A program made the translations under genes and the position numbers. Positions 1 through 4,968 of a DNA stretch of 36,318 bases are shown piece by piece (within the stretch, counting starts at the first letter, position 1; every line of letters begins with the position of its first letter). The stretch spans positions 1 to 36,318 of the forward strand of contig JACQEC010000004.1 in the NCBI GenBank assembly GCA_016200765.1, written 5' to 3'. The notes beneath the pieces were generated by a model. It saw only the letters and a list, made by a program, of their open reading frames with translations. It was not told the DNA's origin and searched no databases. This DNA is from Chloroflexota bacterium (lineage in GTDB: Bacteria > Chloroflexota > Anaerolineae > JACRMK01).

Positions 1-2
1 TC

Positions 3-239
3 GCAGGCCATCTGCTGTCGTATCTGGCGGCCACGCAACCCGCCGTGCCCAGTGGCTTCTGGGACCGTAGCCCGCGCCGCACGCCGGGCAGACTGCGCCG
101 CGCACTCGCCCGCGCCGATTTTTTCACAGACTTCACGTTGCACAGCCGCATGCGTGAAAAAAACTCGCCGACTGAACACCTACCCAAAGGTTTTAACGCC
201 CATTTGCGTGAGCCGTTCGCTCACGCTCGACAAATTTAG
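3..239 (+). CDS. 3' end of a gene entering from the left edge (hypothetical, partial)
   Basis: Frame 3 is open from the window edge to TAG 237-239 and reads like ordinary protein (..[20 protein letters not shown]..). Frame 1 is also open to 249 and the antisense strand has no stops before ~120, so frame and strand are uncertain. No family recognised. Confidence 0.3.
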   Translation, partial: AGHLLSYLAATQPAVPSGFWDRSPRRTPGRLRRALARADFFTDFTLHSRMREKNSPTEHLPKGFNAHLREPFAHARQI

Positions 240-272
240 CGGAAACTAGAGTTATACCCACGTCAAGGAATT

Positions 273-545
273 GTGGTTGATTACGGAGTTAGTTACCTTC
301 TCAAAGATAAGATTATTGTGGGTTGCCCACAGAACGACGCTGATATCCGTCTCTATCTGTGGGCCCCGCAAACACGTTCTACATTTGAAGACATCCAACT
401 GCGCCTGGCGACTTTCTATGGGGAGAACTACTTTCGCCCATTGATAGAAGTGACGAAGCTGAATGTGCCGACCTTCTATCAGACCTTCAAGAACCCCAAC
501 AACCAAACCTGTATTGAAACCCCCGACGCCATATGGCCTGGCTGA
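273..545 (+). CDS. hypothetical 90-aa protein in a low-GC pocket
   Basis: GTG 273 is preceded by AAGGAA (264-269). Codon third positions look coding in this frame. It lies in a ~300-bp stretch visibly lower in GC than the rest of the window. The antisense ORF 252-506 is the alternative. No family recognised. Confidence 0.45.
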   Translation: MVDYGVSYLLKDKIIVGCPQNDADIRLYLWAPQTRSTFEDIQLRLATFYGENYFRPLIEVTKLNVPTFYQTFKNPNNQTCIETPDAIWPG

Positions 546-604
546 TACGAGGCTTGACTGAATAGACGCCCTCCGCTGGCCGCCCGCCGCGCGGGTGTTT
601 GCAG

Positions 605-623
605 AACCCGCACAGCGGGTTTT
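605..623 (+). terminator. weak intrinsic-terminator-like hairpin after the 90-aa ORF
   Basis: aacccgc-aca-gcgggtt forms a 7-bp stem followed by tttt/cc. The stem is short and the T-tract is short. Confidence 0.35.
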
Positions 624-656
624 CCACCGTAGTCGGTTTCCAACCGATGCCCCTAT

Positions 657-685
657 TGAATTATCAGAACATTTGTGCTATGATG
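657..685 (+). promoter_or_regulatory. sigma70-type promoter, leaderless layout for the terS-like gene
   Basis: TTGAAT (657-662), 17-nt spacer, then TGcTATGAT extended -10 (677-685). ATG 693 begins 7 nt after the -10 and no SD is present. Confidence 0.55.
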
Positions 686-692
686 GACGCCG

Positions 693-1067
693 ATGACCAA
701 GAGCCCGGCGTCCCCCCGCCCCGGCGCGCGCGCCAAGCGCCCGGCCCGCCCCCGCAAACACCCCAGCGACGCCCAGGGCTGGAAGGAAAGCATCGAGCGC
801 GTGCTGGCCGAGAAGACCGACAAGAAATTCGCCCGCTACGGCGAGACGTACCGCGACGCGCTCGTGCGCGCGGCCATCCAGCACGCGATTGAGGGCAACG
901 CCAGCATTCTGCGGCAACTGTTCGACCGCAGTGAGGGCAAGGTCGGCGCGGCCGGGCAGAAGCCGCGCGGCCGGAGGCCGATACAGATCGTCGAGATCGC
1001 GCCCCCCGCGCCCGCGGCCCCGCCGCCGCCCGATGACGCCGCCGCGCCCCCGCCCCATGACCGCTGA
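693..1067 (+). CDS. putative phage small terminase / DNA-binding subunit
   Basis: Basic Pro/Arg-rich N-terminus, then a helical segment ..ALVRAAIQHAIEGNASILRQLFDRSEGKV.. of the type seen in small terminase-like phage proteins. Stop TGA 1065-1067 overlaps the terL ATG 1057. Assignment rests on position and motif only. Confidence 0.6.
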   Translation: MTKSPASPRPGARAKRPARPRKHPSDAQGWKESIERVLAEKTDKKFARYGETYRDALVRAAIQHAIEGNASILRQLFDRSEGKVGAAGQKPRGRRPIQIVEIAPPAPAAPPPPDDAAAPPPHDR

Positions 1068-2454
1068 TCGCCCGCCCGCGTTTCTGTCCGTCGCCGATCA
1101 TCGCTTGCGCGTCTGCTTGCACCCCGGCCAGTGGCAGGCCTGGTGCAGTGCGCGCCGCATCGTCTGTGTGCTGGCGGGCGCGCAGGGCGGCAAGACCGTC
1201 TTCGGGCCGGTCTGGCTCCTGCGCGAAATGCAACGACAGGGCCCCGGCGACTATCTGGTGGTCACGCCCACCTACCCGCTCCTGCGGCTGAAGGCTCTGC
1301 CCAGTTTCCTCTATCTGTTTCAGGGCCTGCTTGACCTCGGCGAGTACAGCGCGGCGCACAACGCCTTTACCCTGTCGCCCGGCGGCGCGCAGGCGCTCTT
1401 TGGCGCGGCGCATGACCCACAGCAGGTGACGCGCGTCCTGTTCGGCTATGCGTCCAACCCAGAATCGCTGGAAAGCGCGACCATTCAAGCCGCGTGGCTC
1501 GACGAGGCGGGCATGGCCCGCTTTCCCGTCGCGTCGTGGGAGGCGATTCTGCGGCGCCTGTCGCTGGCGCGCGGCCGCATCCTCATCACCACCACCCTCT
1601 ACAACCTCGGCTGGCTCAAACAGCAGGTCTATGACCGCTATCTGGCGGGCGACCCGACGATAGACGTGATCAACTTCCCATCGTCGCTGAACCCGCGCTT
1701 TCCGGCGGCCGAGTTTGCCGAGCGCGCGCTGACCATGCCCGCCTGGCGCTTCAACATGCTCTACCGCGCGCGCTACGATAGACCGGCCGGCCTCATCTAC
1801 GATAACTTCGACAGCCGCGCCGACGTCATCCCGCGCTTCGCCATCCCTTCCGGCTGGAAGCGCGCCGTGGGGCTGGACTTCGGCGGCGTGAACACGGCCG
1901 CCGTCTTCTTCGCGCGCGACCCGGCCGCCAGACGCTGGATTCTCTACCGCACCTACAAAGCCGGAGGCCGCACCGCCGCCGAGCACGCGCGTGAGATCAA
2001 GCGCGGCGAGCCGCCCTTCGCGCTCGTCGCCGGAGGCTCGCCCGCCGAAGACCAGTGGCGCAAGGAGTTCAGCACCGCCGGCCTGCCGGTGCGCGCGCCG
2101 CTCGTCCGCGATGTCGAGATCGGCATCCAGCGCGTCTATCGCCTGCACGCGCGCCACCGCATTCAGGTCTTCGACGACCTAACGGACTACCTGAATGAGA
2201 AGCAAACCTACAGCCGCGTGGTGGACGATGCGGGGAACGTGCTGGAGGGCATCGAGGGCAAGGCTCACTATCACCTGATGGACGCCGAGCGCTACATCGC
2301 GGGCTATCTGGTGCGCCGCCCGGCCAGCGGCATCTCGGCGCCCGGCGCGGCCTATCCGGTGGACGAGCGCGCCGACAAGCGGCCCGACGAAGCCGACGGC
2401 CGCCCGCTGACCCTGCGCGAGTTGATGGAGGACGCGACCCGCACGCGGTATTGA
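1057..2454 (+). CDS. phage terminase large subunit (ATPase + nuclease), apparently intact
   Basis: Walker A LAGAQGGKT, Walker B AAWLDEAG, coupling motif ITTT, and nuclease acidic motifs VGLDFGG and HLMDAERY. Start chosen at ATG 1057, overlapping the upstream stop; ATG 1033 is also possible within the 889-2454 ORF. Confidence 0.9.
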   Translation: MTADRPPAFLSVADHRLRVCLHPGQWQAWCSARRIVCVLAGAQGGKTVFGPVWLLREMQRQGPGDYLVVTPTYPLLRLKALPSFLYLFQGLLDLGEYSAAHNAFTLSPGGAQALFGAAHDPQQVTRVLFGYASNPESLESATIQAAWLDEAGMARFPVASWEAILRRLSLARGRILITTTLYNLGWLKQQVYDRYLAGDPTIDVINFPSSLNPRFPAAEFAERALTMPAWRFNMLYRARYDRPAGLIYDNFDSRADVIPRFAIPSGWKRAVGLDFGGVNTAAVFFARDPAARRWILYRTYKAGGRTAAEHAREIKRGEPPFALVAGGSPAEDQWRKEFSTAGLPVRAPLVRDVEIGIQRVYRLHARHRIQVFDDLTDYLNEKQTYSRVVDDAGNVLEGIEGKAHYHLMDAERYIAGYLVRRPASGISAPGAAYPVDERADKRPDEADGRPLTLRELMEDATRTRY

Positions 2455-2460
2455 GCGCAG

Positions 2461-2496
2461 GGAGTAGGGAGTAGGAAGTAAGGAATAGGGAATTGA
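2461..2496. repeat. degenerate heptamer tandem array (GGAGTAG-type)
   Basis: GGAGTAG GGAGTAG GAAGTAA GGAATAG GGAATTG lies directly after the terL stop. Confidence 0.6.
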
Positions 2497-2558
2497 GCTT
2501 GTCGAACCACAGGCCGCGCTATGACCTTTGAGGGACCTTGTGTCTGATGCCGATGCCT

Positions 2559-2587
2559 TTGGCTCACCCGTCCTTCTATGATATAGT
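2559..2587 (+). promoter_or_regulatory. sigma70-type promoter for the ATP-grasp gene
   Basis: TTGGCT (2559-2564), 17-nt spacer, then TGaTATAGT extended -10 (2579-2587), about 35 nt upstream of ATG 2623. Confidence 0.5.
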
Positions 2588-2622
2588 TCGCCCCATGAGA
2601 GCGGGACGATGAGCGCGCGACG

Positions 2623-3477
2623 ATGAACATCGTTTGGCTGGGCGACGCGCCCGCCCACGAGCGGCTGTTGGTGGGCGGGAAAGCCGCCAACCTTAGCCGC
2701 CTGGCCGGCATCCACCGCGTGCCGCCCGGCTTCTGTTTGACGACTACAGCGTTTGGGGCGGCCTCGGCCAACGGCTCCATCGTCATGCCGCCGGCGCTGT
2801 ACGACGAAATCGCCGCGGCCTACTTCGCGCTAGCCGAGCGCGCGGGTGTGGCCGAACCGAGCGTGGCCGTGCGCTCGTCGGCGGTGGACGAAGACGGCAG
2901 TGGCGCGTCGTTTGCGGGCCAGCACGACACCTATCTGAACATCACCGGCGCCGAAGCCATCGCGCAAGCGGTTGCGCGCTGTTGGGAATCCGCCGGAGCC
3001 GCGCGCGCGCTGGCCTACCGCGACCAACAGGGGCTGGCGCGCGATGCTGTGCGGCTGGCCGTATTGGTCCAGCAGTTGGTCGCCGCCGATGTCGCGGCGG
3101 TGCTGTTCAGCGCGAACCCTGTCACCGGCAGTCGCGACGAGGTGTTGATCAACGCCGCGTGGGGGCTGGGCGAAAGCATCGTCGGCGGCACCGTCACACC
3201 CGACACCTACGTCGTTCGCAAGTCAGACCTGCAGGTGATAGATCGGCAGATTGGCGACAAGCGGCGCATGACCGTCTCCATCTCCGGCGGCACGCAAGAG
3301 GTGGATGTGCCGCGCGTCTTGCGCCTGCGCCCGGCCTTGAGCGACGATCAGGCCGCCGAGATGGCGCGGCTGGCGCTGGCGCTGGAGGCGGCGATGGGCT
3401 GGGCGGTGGATGTCGAGTGCGCCTATGCGATGGGGCATCTGTATTTACTGCAGTGCCGCCCCATCACGACGCTGTAA
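2623..3477 (+). CDS. stand-alone PEP/pyruvate-binding (PPDK_N, ATP-grasp) domain protein
   Basis: N-terminus ..LVGGKAANLSRL.., then ..VAVRSSAVDEDGSGASFAGQHDTYLN.., ..LFSANPVTG.., ..AAWGLGESIVGG.., ending ..YLLQCRPITTL as in the N-terminal domain of PEP synthase or rifampin phosphotransferase. No swivel-His or TIM-barrel domain follows. Confidence 0.9.
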   Translation: MNIVWLGDAPAHERLLVGGKAANLSRLAGIHRVPPGFCLTTTAFGAASANGSIVMPPALYDEIAAAYFALAERAGVAEPSVAVRSSAVDEDGSGASFAGQHDTYLNITGAEAIAQAVARCWESAGAARALAYRDQQGLARDAVRLAVLVQQLVAADVAAVLFSANPVTGSRDEVLINAAWGLGESIVGGTVTPDTYVVRKSDLQVIDRQIGDKRRMTVSISGGTQEVDVPRVLRLRPALSDDQAAEMARLALALEAAMGWAVDVECAYAMGHLYLLQCRPITTL

Positions 3478-3497
3478 CCCGCACCTGCGCCAATTGC

Positions 3498-3667
3498 TAT
3501 CAACGGATGGCCTGCGGCGTAACGGATGAGCGGATGGGGGGCCTCGGGCGCATGGCGCATCCTGTAGGGGCGAAGCCGCGCGTGGCGGGCACGGTCGCTC
3601 GGCCATAGGTGCTAACGCGCGGCTTCGCCCCTACACCTCATCCGCTATCCCCATCCGCTGATAACCC
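3498..3667. repeat. long composite palindrome (GGAT-word outer arms, GGGGCGAAGCCGCGCG inner stem)
   Basis: The outer arm tatcaacggatg.. (3498-) pairs with ..catccgctgata (-3664). The inner stem gtaggggcgaagccgcgcg (3564-3582) pairs with cgcgcggcttcgcccctac (3616-3634). Confidence 0.7.
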
Positions 3668-3683
3668 ACTGCCGTTCCGCTAT

Positions 3684-3713
3684 TTGAATCCCTACCCGCT
3701 TTTGGTTATACTA
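3684..3713 (+). promoter_or_regulatory. candidate promoter for the PSCyt1-type lipoprotein gene
   Basis: TTGAAT (3684-3689), 18-nt spacer, then TATACT (3708-3713). Confidence 0.4.
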
Positions 3714-3743
3714 TCGCTTCAGAATCGCAGTGAGGGAGGGCAC

Positions 3744-4220
3744 GTGCGATGGAAGCAGGTTCTTAGCCAAGCGGCCATGGGGCTGGCGCTGTTGGCGGGT
3801 TGTGGCGCGCCACCCGCGCCGACCACCACCCCGCCGCCGGTCGCCGCCGCGCCTACGGTGGCGCCGGCCGTCACAGCCGCGCCAACTCCCGCGCCCAGCC
3901 CAACCCCTGCTCCCAGCCCCACCCCCGCGGGCGTCAGTTTCCGCCGCGACGTGCAGCCCGTGCTGGCGAAGTATTGCGTCAAGTGCCACAGCGACCAATC
4001 TATTCTCGGCAAGCCGCCGAACAATTTTCGCCTCACCAGTTACATAGACCTGATGAAGGGCGGCGAGTATGGCATAGACGTGATCCCTTTCAACCCGGAT
4101 GACAGCCGGCTCATTTTTTTTGTGACCGGCAAGAAGATGCCCGGCGATGGCACGCCCGTTGACCCGCCAGATGTGCAGGTGTTGATCAAATGGGTGGCCG
4201 AAGGCGCGAAGGACAATTAG
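3744..4220 (+). CDS. lipoprotein with Pro/Thr/Ala linker and PSCyt1-type (Planctomycete cytochrome c-like) CXXCH domain
   Basis: GTG 3744 follows GAGGGAGGG. Lipobox LALLAGC. Linker ..TPAPSPTPAPSPTP... Domain ..FRRDVQPVLAKYCVKCHS..FRLTSY..GG..VIPFNPDDSRLI..MP..VQVLIKWVAEGA matches the PSCyt1 pattern. Confidence 0.8.
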   Translation: MRWKQVLSQAAMGLALLAGCGAPPAPTTTPPPVAAAPTVAPAVTAAPTPAPSPTPAPSPTPAGVSFRRDVQPVLAKYCVKCHSDQSILGKPPNNFRLTSYIDLMKGGEYGIDVIPFNPDDSRLIFFVTGKKMPGDGTPVDPPDVQVLIKWVAEGAKDN

Positions 4221-4327
4221 CGGAAAGGAGGTTATGCGTCAAGCAATCGTCAGAGATGTTATCATCAGGCGCGCCGCGTGAGGTCATCACTCGCGTTTCG
4301 CGCACATTCCATTCCCTCGGAGGGGTC

Positions 4328-4819
4328 ATGAAACTTAGCCGCACACTGTTACTGCTCTCGCTCGTTGCGCTTCTGCTCTCGTTGAGCGCGCTGGCGGTTT
4401 CGGCGCAGGGCACGCCGACCGTCACGTTCAAGTCGCCCGCCGCCAACGCCACCGTCACCGGTCCGGACGCGACCATCACCTGGGACTCGTCAGCGGATGT
4501 GACCATCGTGGCCGGCAAGGATGCCAAGCAGTTGACCGAGATTCCCACCGGCGATCCCGCGATCATCCACACCGCCGCCAAGGAATACAAGTGGGTCGGC
4601 GTCTCTGCGGGCAAGCACACCGTCAGCATCGTGCTCGGTTACTCCAACCACACGCCGTGGCAGCCGCGCACGGTCGCGACCATAAGCTTCACGGTCGTCG
4701 CGCCCCTGCCGAAGTCCGGCGCCGCGCAGGCCGCGCAGGCGTCGCTCGTCGCGGGCGTGTTGCTGTCCGCCGCTGTGCTCGCCTTCGCCCTCGGCCGCAA
4801 ACTGCGCTCCGCGCGTTAG
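4328..4819 (+). CDS. secreted Ig-like-fold protein with LPXTG-type (LPKSG) C-terminal sorting signal
   Basis: ATG 4328 follows GGAGGGG. Signal peptide MKLSRTLLLLSLVALLLSLSALAVSAQG. C-terminus is LPKSG, then a hydrophobic stretch LVAGVLLSAAVLAFALG, then a basic tail RKLRSAR. Confidence 0.8.
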   Translation: MKLSRTLLLLSLVALLLSLSALAVSAQGTPTVTFKSPAANATVTGPDATITWDSSADVTIVAGKDAKQLTEIPTGDPAIIHTAAKEYKWVGVSAGKHTVSIVLGYSNHTPWQPRTVATISFTVVAPLPKSGAAQAAQASLVAGVLLSAAVLAFALGRKLRSAR

Positions 4820-4833
4820 CACACGATCAACCC

Positions 4834-4967
4834 GTAGGGGCGAAGCCGCGCGCACGCATCACCGCGTGACCGATCACGACAGCCGCGCGTGGCTTCGCCC
4901 TTCCCGTCCACCACGCGCACGCATCACCGCGTGACCGATCAGGACAGCCGCGCGCGGCTTCGCCCCA
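4834..4967. repeat. GGGGCGAAGCCGCGCG-family hairpin region containing a ~65-nt direct duplication
   Basis: The unit cgcgcacgcatcaccgcgtgaccgatca(c/g)gacagccgcgcg(t/c)ggcttcgccc occurs at 4849-4900 and 4914-4966. Left arm 4837-4853 is perfectly complementary to 4950-4966 and imperfectly complementary to 4882-4900. Confidence 0.7.
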
Positions 4968-4968
4968 C

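Noticed and set aside
206-226. 8-bp hairpin gcgtgagc-cgttc-gctcacgc as a terminator of the left-edge gene
   Set aside because: It lies upstream of the stop codons of both open frames and has no following T-tract. It cannot be assigned a role without knowing the real frame.
664-2157. 497-aa ORF on the minus strand across the terminase region
   Set aside because: Arg/Ala/Gly-rich low-complexity translation lying antisense to a gene with clear Walker and nuclease motifs. This is a typical high-GC shadow ORF.
250-3500. Complete prophage integrated near here, or at tRNA-Ser (10588-10671)
   Set aside because: Only the terS-like and terL genes look phage-derived. No integrase, portal, capsid or tail genes were found, and no direct repeat of the tRNA 3' end appears anywhere in the window.
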